A DNA stretch of 62,849 bases, the filler included, from Choristocarpus tenellus KU-1152 (lineage: Eukaryota; Protista; Phaeophyceae), in NCBI GenBank assembly GCA_964200185.2. It is 14 parts of 14 records of this genome, joined end to end, with 100 filler letters (N's around TTAATTAATTAA, not from the genome) between each part and the next. Parts side by side here need not be neighbours in the genome. Positions count along the whole stretch, not along the records: positions 39,662 to 43,675 come from CAXNAD020016662.1; positions 43,776 to 47,418 come from CAXNAD020018780.1; positions 47,519 to 50,806 come from CAXNAD020021017.1; positions 50,907 to 55,937 come from CAXNAD020012112.1; 10 more parts are not named here. One strand, given 5' to 3'. The notes below the pieces were generated by a model that worked only from the letters and a program-made list of their open reading frames with translations, was not told the origin of the DNA and did no database searches. Both the position numbers and the translations under genes were made by a program. Shown here one piece after another: positions 39,662-51,534 of this stretch. How positions within the stretch are numbered: the stretch's first letter is position 1; the number at the start of each line of letters is the position of its first letter.

Positions 39662-42360
39662 GTACAGGTGGGCCCAGGAGAGGGAAGGGGATGCAGTACA
39701 GCTCTTGGGAAGAGGTATTGTTGGGAGGGGGGGCAGGAATGAATGTGGACTAGCCCACAAAATCCTCATTGTGAGAAGGACACAATTTCATGTTTCTTGT
39801 TGACCGTACCAGATACCGTATCTGATGCTGGAGGAATTGTATCATACATGGTGGTTCCAAGTATGCAAAGCAGTCTCATCACCTGATGAATAGTTGCAGG
39901 GAAGGCAGTGGACAGGGGAGGACAGGATCTCGGAGAGGACTCACCAGAGATTATAGGGGAAGGGTGACCTCCTATTGAAGTTTTATTTTGCAGAAGGGCA
40001 AGCTGTACCTTTGGATGAGGCTTGGGCTTGGGGGTAGCTGTAGAGTATGTGAACATTTTTGTAAGGAAGTGTATCAGTCACTCTACCTGATCCTAACCTG
40101 GGGATGGCGAGTGGAGCAATCTTGTTTGACAGGCAAGCAAACTGTAGTGATTGTTTTGGGGGACTACTGTATGATAGAGGAAAATCTTGCAGGTGAAGAT
40201 GCCTTGTGAGTCTTGGGCAAGAGATTGCCAAACACCCTTAGTCCCCAAGGGTGCCCTGTTGGTATATTTATAGCCGGCAGATCATGCTGCTTTAGACTGA
40301 CAAAGAAGACAAGTTCATCACAAGACTTGCACCTGGAGTACTTGTTGTGATTGGAGGTGGGGCAGACAGCTCTGATGAGTGACAAACAGGCTATATGGAG
40401 AGGCTACAGATGGGGAAACTGATCCAAACCCAGGCTGGGCTTGGTTGGTAGCAAGTACTATGCTTACTCGGGAGGGCTTACTCAGGAGAGGGAAGTGGGA
40501 GACTATGCTGTATTCAACAGGCTAGTTCTGTACGGAAATACATGATGCAAATGCAGAGACCATGGTAGTAGGTCAGAATGCAACATATCAACTCCCAAAC
40601 CTGCATTGACTGTCTTGATCTGCCAGGAAATGGGGGACTCCAGGGTCAGAAGGCGGTATCAACTTTCCAGTGTACAGACAGCTCTGGTGAAAATGGACAG
40701 AATAGGCTGTTTGATCAAAGCCGGTGCCATCTGGAAGACTTCAAATCTGGAATGCAGGAAAGTCTATGAAAAAGTAAGCTCAAAGACTTTTGGCCAGGGA
40801 TGAGGAGTAAGGGGGGTAAGGAGATGCAAGAAACTGGAGAACCTACATGCAGCAGAGTGTCTAAAATCGACTCATCAATGGATGGTGAGTAACTTGTCCT
40901 TGTATGATGTACTTCCCTTCTTTATGTTCACATCGACTGGGGCTGTGAACAGACCTCGCCAGTTCCGATGTTGTTAGATTAGTAACTAGTTCCTTTGCTT
41001 GATTGTCATTACGTCCTCTTGGAGTTGGGCTCTATACAGCACTCAGCATTGTTATTCTTTGACCTTCATCAACATCAAGTTATCTCTTCCTTGTGTTATT
41101 TGTTGATGATGTTCTTGTTTGTTGCACAGTAATTTTTTGTACTTGGTAGTGAAAGATGTGAAAGATGTTCACGACTAACTACTACATAATAAATGACGCT
41201 GTAGTTCGTTTTTTTTTGTAATAATGAAGGAAGGGCTAAACGTGAGGCACACTAAAGAGGTGGCCTGTATAAATGGGTAAGGAATAGTACGGAGAGGGTG
41301 TGAAAGGGTAACTAACGGAAGGTCTTTTTTGGACAGGTCTCTCAATGTGTGGAGGATGTTCTTGCTTCAAACGTAGCACCCCAGAGAAGTAGTAGCTTAT
41401 GGCGCTTTAGATACATTGCCACTATCTCGGTCACTTGTAACTTTCACTCTTCCACTGTACTCCCAAAAACAACTTTTACAGACTCTATGCTGAGTTTCTA
41501 AACTATGGTTTAAGTGGACTCCTTCAAAATTTTCATTTATAGCCCGGTCCCCTCTCTCTCTCCGCCCTCCTGTAATTTGTGATCACAACCTCCACTACAG
41601 TAATAGCACATCATGTTCCCAACTCAGGTGGCAATAGTGGGCACGTGCACAGGAATCGTCAAGTTAGCACTATGTGTCATTTGCCACTGCTGCGAATACA
41701 CAAGGGATACACATTGTTGTAGTGGAACGTAGCGGAGGCAGGCTATGGGACGTAGAAGTCATTGAGTTGTCAGCGTTATACAGTGATACAGTGATAGGAC
41801 TATTGGTAGCATAGAGTCCACAGGTTTGTTACCTGAGAGTGGTAAGGTGGAAGGGTAGTGAGTGAGGGAGCATCAAGGGTAGGGAGGCAGACAGAGTTCG
41901 CGTCGTTTTTGTCCAGGAGATAACCTTGTGGGTAGATTCCACTGGGTCAGAGACAGGCAGAATGACACTCAGCACTTGCCAGGTATATAGTGTGGTGATT
42001 TTACTGCTGGAAGTAAGTTTACTTGAATTTTGAAAGACGTGGTCATTAGGTGCAGGAGAGAGGCAGTTGAAAATATAGAGAGGAATACTCAAGGTGTGAT
42101 GGGAGTAAATATGGCAAGCAATGTGACAAGGACAGGGGTATCAGGCAACGGCAGCTAAGATATAGTGAAGAGAGAGAGTTAGAGCAGATGTAGACTCCGA
42201 GCCAAGGTAGACAATGGGAGGATGTTGGGAAGAGAGTTTCATGCTGGTGACAGGACCAGGAGTGACTATAGCAATGGAAAACAATAGAGAGGAGCAATTG
42301 AGAAGAACGGCAACAGTGACAAAAGACTGATTAGACAGATTTAAGAGTAAAGCGATGTGA
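39662..42360 (-). mobile_element. Probable decayed Penelope-like element ORF
   Basis: Ordered degenerate motifs HHTIYL..CL..GIYPQG, QIKTVNAGLGV (cf. IKpADK.lG) and PTGHPWG (cf. Q..G.aMG); preceded by a tandem repeat resembling a pseudo-LTR. Confidence 0.35.
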
Positions 42361-43023
42361 TTCGATGTGCACAGGGAGATGTTCATGTAAGGAGGGGTGG
42401 CAAGACGAGGAGATGGAGGTGGAGCAAGGACAGCAGGGACATAAGGACATTTTAAAGAACAGGGCCTTGGGCTTGTGTGGAGTCCTGCAAGGCCTGGTTG
42501 GACGTCAAGCAAAGGTATTTTGTGGACACAGGAGTCTCTCTACTTCCCTGCGACACACTATCCAAAGATCCTCATCATCCTATATAAGAGTTCATTCCCC
42601 ATCTATATTGGTCAACTAGATTTGTGTGCTGCCTTCCCCCATATCCCTATTTCTACTTGGTCCTGTATTGTGTTGTAGTGAATAGAGATGCGTGTACAGG
42701 GAGATGGTCATGAAAGTAGGGGTGGCAAGACGTGGAGATGGAGATGAAGATGGAGCAAGGACAGGAGGACATAACGACATTTTAAGGAACGAGGCCTTGG
42801 GCTTGTGTGGAGTTCTGCAAGGCCTGGTTGGACGTCAAGCGAAGGTATTTTTTTGACAAAGGAGTCTCTCTACTTCCCTCCAACACACTATCCAAAATTC
42901 CTCATCATCCTACCTAAGAGTTCATTCTCCATCTATATTTTGACCAATCAGAGTGTGCTTCTTTGTGTTCTGCCTTCCCCCATATCCCTATTTCTACTTG
43001 GTCCTGTATTGTGTTGTAGTGAA
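42361..43023. repeat. Tandem direct duplication, two diverged units of about 320-340 bp (42361-42682, 42683-43023)
   Basis: Both units run cagggagatg.tcatg...ggccttgggcttgtgtggagt.ctgcaaggcctggttggacgtcaagc...ccctatttctacttggtcctgtattgtgttgtagtgaa. Confidence 0.92.
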
Positions 43024-43619
43024 CCAAGAGATTTAAGTATTGCACTCTTGCAGGTTTGATTGATGTGGTTTATGAATGGTGATATATTAGTCTGCTTTTG
43101 CATGCTGGATGCCAGGGGTGCAAACCCTTCCCCTCTCCCAAATAGCTAGCCCCTTTAGGTTTCGATGTTGATATGTTTCCTCCTCTTCATTCTTCCTTGA
43201 ATGGGTTGTATGCTTTACACCCAGCCTTACTTCTCATTTCTAAGCACAATTTTGAGCTTTGATTCGATTCCTGTGTAGTAGCTCATATATACACTTTTAA
43301 ATATATAATCAACTACTGCAATCCCTCTGAACTAGACTTTCATTGCTGCCAACGATAATTCTTGATTCGTAAGGACGGCCTGCATAGATCACAACAACAA
43401 TTTCCTCCTCCAAACAATGCAGGCAGAGCTGTGCAAGAGTGATCTTTGCTTTCCAGCATACCTAGCGATATTTTGCGTGATAGCAAATGACTGCATTTCA
43501 ATTCGTTAGGAATCACTGCTGTAGCACTATGAAGTGTTTCCTCCTTCACACGGTTATCCTTCCTCTTCTAAGGCTTTGACAACTTTTGGCAGGTGGCACA
43601 AGGTATTCATCAATGCTAT

Positions 43620-43675
43620 GACCCAAAGTATCTGAGGGAGGGGGGGGGGTCTACACCAGAGTGTCCATTTGGACC
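43620..43675. mobile_element. MITE family B terminus at contig end
   Basis: gacccaaagtatctgagggag-polyG-tctacaccagagtgtccatttgg. Confidence 0.85.
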
Positions 43676-43899
43676 NNNNNNNNNNNNNNNNNNNNNNNNN
43701 NNNNNNNNNNNNNNNNNNNTTAATTAATTAANNNNNNNNNNNNNNNNNNNNNNNNNNNNNNNNNNNNNNNNNNNNATTAGGGTTTTGAAATTTGTTAGTA
43801 CAAGGTAATAGTTTGGGGGGATAGGGTTTTGGGGGTTGGAGGGAAGGTGGGGGGGGGGGGGCGAGGATGTGGAAGATATAGTTCTGTGATTCAAGAGTA

Positions 43900-44400
43900 C
43901 TTCAAATTCTCATCCAGTGAGACTATGGGCATGTAGAATGTAGAGTCTATCGAGGTGTAGGCAGGTGGTGGATCCTTCTGAATAACCACTTATCCGTTAA
44001 TTCGTTTATTAACAAAGATTTGATACATGCTGCAAGTGACTACAATACTACTACATACACAGTGCGGCATGCAGTAGACTATTGATCATCGAAAATCGAT
44101 TTGCAACCATAATTCCACACAAAACCAAATTTGGGAGGTTAGTCTACAGCTCAGATTATCACATGGGGCAACAAGTGCAACTGTTTTCTACAAGGATACT
44201 CAATTGCAACCTTGTAACCCCATCAACTTCTACTTGAAAAGGAATTAATTCCGAACCATACAACGGTTGCAGGAAACTAGGTGTTCTAGCTGCCGAAGCC
44301 AGAAGATAAGAACAGAAGTAATCAATCAGAACTTGAGCCACCCACCCCATTTCACCATCGACAAATCGAAAATATTGAAGCATCAAAAAAATCTACCACG
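43900..44400 (-). mobile_element. Possible decayed Gypsy protease/integrase fragments
   Basis: VDGEMGWVAQVLIDYFCS resembles the retropepsin aLiDsG motif; a downstream YCMPH/FVN/DKW piece resembles IN. Heavily degenerate. Confidence 0.3.
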
Positions 44401-46583
44401 TAGTAGAGTATAATCTAGCCCATTGTAGCCAACAAACCCACCAGTTTGAACAAAAGGGGCATGCCCTACAAATATCAATGAACCGAGAAAGCAAATCATA
44501 AATGTAGGAGAGCTGGCAGCGGCGATCCAGGTGCCAGACAACAAAAAGATCGACTCAGCAGAGAAGCCAAGACAAACAAAACTTCGAAGTGCTGACAATA
44601 AAGTAAGAGTGATCAAAACTACTACAAAGGCAGCTCTTAGTGGAGAATGTCCCAACATATGAGAAGCAAAGCGGAACAACACACTGCGATGTTGAAGTGG
44701 AAATATACTCCGGTACCTGAGCGACGTAGGCGTTGGTCAATCCCAGTTCATCTGCTATTTGGTCGTATGTCTTTCCACACGATGCCTACGACCAGGAATG
44801 ATACGGGAATGATGAAAGAGACGGAGCAAATGGCAGCGGGTAGGGTGGGGACACATATAAAACTGTTTCGTACCACGCATGGCACTTCCGCACAGAGCAA
44901 TCGTTAGAAGTGAAAGTACATTCTTACTTCTACAAACTTATGGGGTAGAGGAACCAGAGTGCATTGTGGATTGTAGCTGTTGGGTAAATAATGGAAAGGA
45001 TAGAACTGAAGTGGCAACTCTCTACTCTCCATCTACCACTATTCTAGAGTGCACTTCTCATTCCACTGCACCAAAAATTTCAATGCCCCACTCTGGTCGA
45101 TTTTACTAACCCGTCCTAAGGGCAAAAGATTACAACTATACCAGCTAAAATAACTCCAGTGCCCCACTCTCTCGTTTTGCCCTGTACCGCCATAGAGAGT
45201 CCCACTCCACCCAAACTCCCCCTCGCTACATTACGGCATTTTCACTCTGATTTCAACTCGAATGATCCACCTCGAAATTCTCGATCTCACATGTTCCCCA
45301 AGGAATTTTTCTCCATATTAACCCTACCTTCCTCGAAGCGTATCAGGTTGGGCCATCACAAGTACCAGCACCGTTAGTCGAAATACTAACCTCCCCTGAA
45401 TCACAAAAGTCCATACTACTGCACCGATACCTATCAATCCGTGAGGGTACCTGCACTGCAAGAATTTCCATCGTGTATAAGTCCTCCCATCGACATATAC
45501 GATCCCTCCCAGCTACATCCTCTTTACCTTCGCAGCAAGGAGTCTCTCCACCAAATTCATTTTCTCCTCTAGAGCGACATGCTGGGAACGGTCAAGAGGA
45601 ACTCCAGTATGCGAAGCAAATGCCCGATTCACGTGTCCAATGATCCCTTGCGAATGGAATCTCAACGGGGAAGACTTCGAAAAAAAGGACGCCCGATTGA
45701 AGTTGTAGTGGAGCATGCCTATCAAACTCCTAAAAAATGGTTGAGTCATGTTTAGATCTTTCCAAACTTTGACAGGATTGAAACACTGTTCAGTATGTCT
45801 AAATATTGACCACCAGCATCGGTCCTATCATCAATCAACGTGCGCCTTCCGCCGTATGCCGTACGGTCGAATGGGTCGCTTACAAGATGGCGCACTTGAG
45901 GTCACCTATTACATTCTTGGAAATTGGATCAAGGAGAGACCTGAAGATTGAAGATCATGTTTTCCATATTCACGCGCAGTTTGACGCACGATTATAGATA
46001 CAAACTAAATCTATCTTCACTAAAAAAGTGTATATGATAGTATAAAATATTATCTTTTTTTATGATGTATTGCTTCGAGTATTTTAGAACAGTTGTTGCG
46101 ATGTATCTTTTAGGAGGATAATAATATGCAGAACTTTTACTGGAAGGTTGAATGTGTTACGTATTCTGACATTTTTCACACGTGTCAGAGGAAAAACCAA
46201 TACGAAGTCATTTCAATATTATAACCTCCCAAAAAATAACAGTTTTAGCACCACTGAAGTAGTTGGCGATAACATGGACTACTTTGGGGTATATATATGT
46301 GTGTGTTTGGACATTTAGTGATACTCAAAATGTAAAATTGGTCATCATCAATACATTTATCTCCTATGTTTGTTCGTCTAGATTACTTCCATGCGTAGGT
46401 GGTAGTCAAATAGTAAGTAGATTAAAGAAAAATATCTTCGACCTTTATGACAAGTGTTTCTTTTACAGGAGTCCTTGTTGTGATACGGGTTTGGCTTTTA
46501 AAAAATTTCCCTTGTCACATCTACAAAACACCTCACTCACAAAAAGTGAAATAAAATCTGAGAAAATAGGGGATAATAAAGAC

Positions 46584-46643
46584 GTGGTTTTCATTGGTTT
46601 CCCCCTGACACATCTGCAAAATGTCAGAGGGCATAATAATAAA
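46584..46643 (+). mobile_element. Ultra-short LINE-tail insertion (60 bp), TSD AATAAAGAC
   Basis: AATAAAGAC at 46575-46583 and 46644-46652 flank gtggttttcattggtttccccctgacacatctgcaaaatgtcagagggcataataataaa. Confidence 0.88.
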
Positions 46644-47319
46644 AATAAAGACATACTAAACGGAATGATAGTGGTATATGATTACTTTCACGAGAGACCG
46701 CGAACAGACGATGTCAAATTACTTCCCACATTTTCTAGCAGAATATATCGTAACATAATACCACTCCACCTAACTCGGCTTTCTTCTTGGTTGTTGGTGG
46801 AAGTTAGGAAAAAAAATTATCAATTGATTGGCAGACCACCCACAACAACATGGTACCACATTACACAACAGGCACAACATGTAGTATGTAGACTGAGATG
46901 CCTCAACATGCTCATTTATTTGATAGAGTCAAAGAGGTTGATGAGAAGTTTATCATCTCACCATACTTTGCTCGAAAAAAAAAGTTCATCGTACGTTGTT
47001 CCTGTTCGTAAAACATCTCTTATTTCAAAGAAAAATATAAATATTATTTCAAGGGTAGGCAGTAGTTGTGACACATTCAGGTCGACAAATTACAAGAACA
47101 GTCGTTAGAGCACCATGCTGCCAAGTAAGTGTCTGAGCTGTGTACGTAAAAAGGTATCAAGAGACGAGCAGCATCACTCTAGTCAGGGCAAATGCGTGCA
47201 CATACCTCATCATTTTGACACAAGTATATCATCCCAAGCAACGACTACAACATACAAACCATGAGCGAGGCAAAACACATGTTCAAAAACTGATCACCAT
47301 TAAAAATAGGGCTGACTCA

Positions 47320-47542
47320 GGCTCAAAGTATCTGGGGAGGGGGGGGGGGGGGGGGGAGGGCTGTCCATTTGGGGGCAATTTTTTCATTTCTGAATTTTTT
47401 AGTGATTTGGTTTCATACNNNNNNNNNNNNNNNNNNNNNNNNNNNNNNNNNNNNNNNNNNNNTTAATTAATTAANNNNNNNNNNNNNNNNNNNNNNNNNN
47501 NNNNNNNNNNNNNNNNNNCCCCCCTCCCAGATACTTTGGGTC
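47320..47542. mobile_element. MITE family B termini flanking a linker, candidate TSD CTCA
   Basis: ctca-ggctcaaagtatctgggg... before the gap and ...cccagatactttgggtc-ctca after it. Confidence 0.75.
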
Positions 47543-48329
47543 CTCACCTCATGGTTCATGTTGCTGTGTACGTCATGCTTGTGTATGCTCACAGGCTGTC
47601 TGCAAATGGTGCTACAAAGGTGTCCGGAAACTTGATTTTTTTTTGTTATTGCCACACGCGCCAAACTTGTGCAGCGACCCAACCAGCATTAAGTGTTTGT
47701 AAGGAATTCAGCCAACCACTTCATTTTTGTCCGTTTTGATGTCGTGACCTTCAAAATTGCACTGGAGATATTCCCCCGCTTTTTTACCATTGTTTGGTCG
47801 GGACATAGCTCCCGTTCCTCGAATCCTGGACATTCATGGATACACACCTTCAAAAGCTCTTGTCATACTCTTCATTTGATATATATGATGTATATATAAC
47901 TCTTGTGGTGATACGGTGAAAAAAAACAAGATGCAACAGAGGGCGAAGCTACTCGTACCACTTTAGCAGTCTTTTGTCTCTCAGTACTGCACAGTACAGT
48001 ACATGCAGTATATCGCATCAAGTTTAGATGACTGCAATGTACAGATATAAGCGATGCCCTGTGCAGTGGGATCCAGCTACAACATATAGGGTAATAGTCC
48101 TGGTTCGTCACACTATACATGCGATAAGTGTCACGTTTGTACCGGCTATCTTCATGGCATTTGTGGCATTGTGGATCCTTTTGGCGCCAGCGAAATGAAA
48201 CGCATATGCAAATTGTGTGTGAGCCCCACAAAGTGTGCAAGGCTTCGAGTCCTCCAGCTGGTGACAACATGGTGTCGAAGTGCCACGATAATGAGAACAA
48301 GGGCAAGGGGAAGGTGTTGCTAAATGTAT

Positions 48330-49108
48330 TTACGAAGAAAGACACGTCCTGCAAGCCTCGCGGTGCTGACAATCGTAAACACTTCAGCTTTGTGGAAAGG
48401 GTGGAAGCATTGACACTCCTAAAGACCATGGCAGGAACTATGGTTGATCCAAAAGTTTGGAATCCGGAGCAAAAGTATCTTAGAGGGTAGAGCCGCGTCC
48501 ATTTGGGAGTCAAAATCCAGTATTGCGATTTGATGTAAATTTTGGCTATCGGGTTTGTTAGGAAGTGTCAATATCTATGTTTTGGATACACCTTTTCATA
48601 ACGTATACCTTTTACCTACTCCTCAACATTTTGGAGTAGGAAAATGTCATTAAGAAACCCATGGGAAGGCAAGTCCCAAATGGACAAACAGGGCAAAACT
48701 CGTACCCTCTAAGATACTTTCACTCATCAATCACAGTCTCAGTTCCATCAACGCAGCGAGAGCGTGGATTGGTGTAGACAACAACGGCGGAGTGGCCAAT
48801 GCGATACTAGAGGACATGAAAGACCAGCTGCTCAAGGAATCATTGTACCAGTCGGTCAATGAAATCTCGGGTGACGAGGATGATGATGGGTTTATGGGAG
48901 GGTCAGCACATCGGGGGCCGTGAGGAAAGGAGGAGCCTCTTCAGTGTTCTCGATTCCTCCACCACCGTACTCTAAAGAAGCTGACGAGTTTGCAAGCTTA
49001 GGACAACTACCAAAGAGTACAGCATGAACAATGTTTCGTACTATCTCCAGAAAGCAAAGCTGGCTTGGCTCAGTGCAATCAGGCAACGGTTATCAAACAA
49101 GTGGACAT
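48330..49108 (+). mobile_element. Internally deleted pogo-like transposase (N-terminal HTH joined to C-terminal tail)
   Basis: RKHFSFVERVEALTLL (psq-like HTH start), then after MITE-A an acidic tail and PPPPYSKEADEFASL...VSYYLQKAKLAWL. The DDE core is absent. Confidence 0.5.
48467..48725 (-). mobile_element. MITE family A, full length, no TSD
   Basis: gagcaaaagtatcttagagggtagagccgcgtccatttg ... cgtaccctctaagatactttcactc. Confidence 0.92.
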
Positions 49109-49287
49109 GAGCCAAAGTATCTAGGGGGGGGGGGGTGTCTACTTGAGGGTGTCCATTTGATTCAAAATGGGGAAAAGTGCATTTGCATTATCCATCCGAC
49201 GTATGCAAACAAATCACCCAAGAATCGCGATATGAAAAAATTGACTCCAAAAGGACAGCCGCCACCCCCTCCCAGATACTTTGAGCC
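49109..49287 (+). mobile_element. MITE family B, full length (179 bp), TSD CAT
   Basis: cat-gagccaaagtatctaggggg...cccctcccagatactttgagcc-cat. Confidence 0.9.
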
Positions 49288-50069
49288 CATTCGCGATTTT
49301 TTTGGCAGTCGCGATTTTTTTTTAGCGAATGGGTTGTTTTACTCAGTGCGTGCGATGGGAGGTGCATGGTGGTGCAGCTACATTCGATCCATGGTGGCGT
49401 TTTTGATACTGTGCAGTATATTATCCTTGTAGAGTGCAATTGAATACGTAGGGCAAGGCATCGGATGGAGATTGGCTTTGAACCTTGATCTGATTTGAAC
49501 TGTGAGTCGTTTGTCCAGCCATCCAACGACTTTGCGGATGCTTTTCTTGAGAAGGTGTACTATACATATGAGTGAATTCATCGTATTGAGTGTCATTTAC
49601 GAAACTTACAGTACTCTATACATATGGCACTGGCATACTGTGCGGGGGTGGTGTAGATGTGGTGCTTGCTGCACCACCACAGCTTCATCGAAATGGGCTC
49701 ACCAATGTTCAATACATATCTACATATAACTACTCTTGAAGGCACATGGGAAGCACGTACAGCAAGGGCGTCGCTCTGTCGTCCTTCGAGGACAAGTATA
49801 AATGAGGTAAGAGGACTCTTACTTGATATATTATAACATAGGTTTCTCTTATCACGATCCCTCGGTTTAAGAGAAAAGCGCTCTTATATACGATAAGAGA
49901 GGATCGGGATATAAGGGAGGGTCTTTTAGCTTGTCCATACCCTCTCTTATATATGTACACTCTCTGTAGTAGGTATTGCTAGACCTGACGTGATGGATAT
50001 TTGAAGACAATGTCAGACACCTATATATCCCTTTTCTTCCACGTGTAGTCGTCCAACAATTCTTTATCG

Positions 50070-50300
50070 AGGTACTACCTCCGTGCCAGTCAAGCGTGTG
50101 GTCATGGGCGAGCTGATCGGCGATGACCTTCCAGAGCCCTTGCAAGTAATGCTTGGACACCCCAAACTCTGCTGCGAGGGTCGGCCCAACATGTCGTGGC
50201 AGTTTATGCTCACCAGGGACCATTACAAGGGCGTGCTGCACTGCAAGTGCAACCCTAGTATTGAGGGACACTTGGGCACCCTTCCTACACAGGGGTTTGT
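50070..50300 (-). mobile_element. Tc1/mariner-like transposase N-terminal HTH fragment
   Basis: HKLPRHVGPTLAAEFGVSKHYLQGLWK resembles the kL..g....vA..F.vs..tv.riW HTH of mariner-like elements; truncated. Confidence 0.45.
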
Positions 50301-51534
50301 TGACAAGGAGGTTGCCATGCCGACGTTCTGACCCTTTACTTGCCCAGTTCTGGCCTCAAAATCCCCCCAAAAGGCTCCTACTTTGACGGCTTGAAGCACC
50401 TCAAGTTTGTACCTGATGATCCTCGACCCCCATCTTTTCTGAAAGCTGAGATCGTCAACCCGATTTCATTCTCTGGAGTTATCGTCCAATTCGGCGTCGT
50501 TCTCGCTTGGCGAGCCCCAGATGTTTCGCTGTACAAACTTATGGCACAGAGGTAGTATTAATATTACTTCCTCTGTTCGGAATTAAAGGTAACGTGACTT
50601 TTCCAAGGTCCGTTCTCGGCCTGAGAACATCCACGTGATAAAACCCTCTGGACGAGTGCAGGGGTCTAAGGGTGACAACGTCTTCAAATACCCCTTTTTA
50701 GTAAGGAAAAGACTGATAAGGTGGGTAAGGTCCCCCCGAATGCTCCGGTGGATCCAGTGCAAAACCGTAATGTAATGGATTTTTGGACGACTTCGGGAGT
50801 GGAATGNNNNNNNNNNNNNNNNNNNNNNNNNNNNNNNNNNNNNNNNNNNNTTAATTAATTAANNNNNNNNNNNNNNNNNNNNNNNNNNNNNNNNNNNNNN
50901 NNNNNNCTGGTTGTTTTCTTGTCATACAGGATTGACCTGAGGAGTCTCCTTGGATCCATAATTGTTGTCTTGTAACTTTAATCAATCACTCAACAGACAT
51001 CAAGCAATCCAGCTGGTTTTGTCACCTTTTTATCCTCTTTGATGATTTTGGGGATACTTTAACACAAGTCACCTTCATTCACCTCAACCAGATGTCCTTT
51101 GAAAAAAGGAACTCTATCAATATGCAACTCTTCGGGATCTGTCCTAGTACCGAAATCAGTCAAGCTGTCAATTGCAATCAATGAATAATCAACTTCTCTA
51201 GTACATCAAAATAAATATAATCAACTCAATTTGTCATTGCCTTGTGAGTACACAGCCATGCACTTTGCTGAAATGTCGTTGTAGTACCTAAAAACGTTTC
51301 GATTGGGACACCACACATTAGGTGACACCATGCACATCTTAGTATTTGCGCTCATGAAATACCAGAAGAGAAAGCATAATATATACATTGTAACATCTCC
51401 AACCCTCCAACCGAACCACTACACATCCCATGTGGTTAGGCTGCAATCCATCACACTCTATCTATACGCTGTCAACACCCTTGTGACAAACCCTTCCCCA
51501 CCAGAGCAACTCGTGCTCAAGGTCTCAGGGTCTG

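Noticed and set aside
43150-43195. Hammerhead-like TGAAGAGG...CGAAAC on the minus strand near the putative pLTR
   Set aside because: The core C is missing and stems II/III do not pair convincingly.
46263-47108. 281-aa ORF
   Set aside because: It runs through LINE-tail insertions and AT-rich decayed sequence, has a non-ATG start and no domain; a chance ORF.
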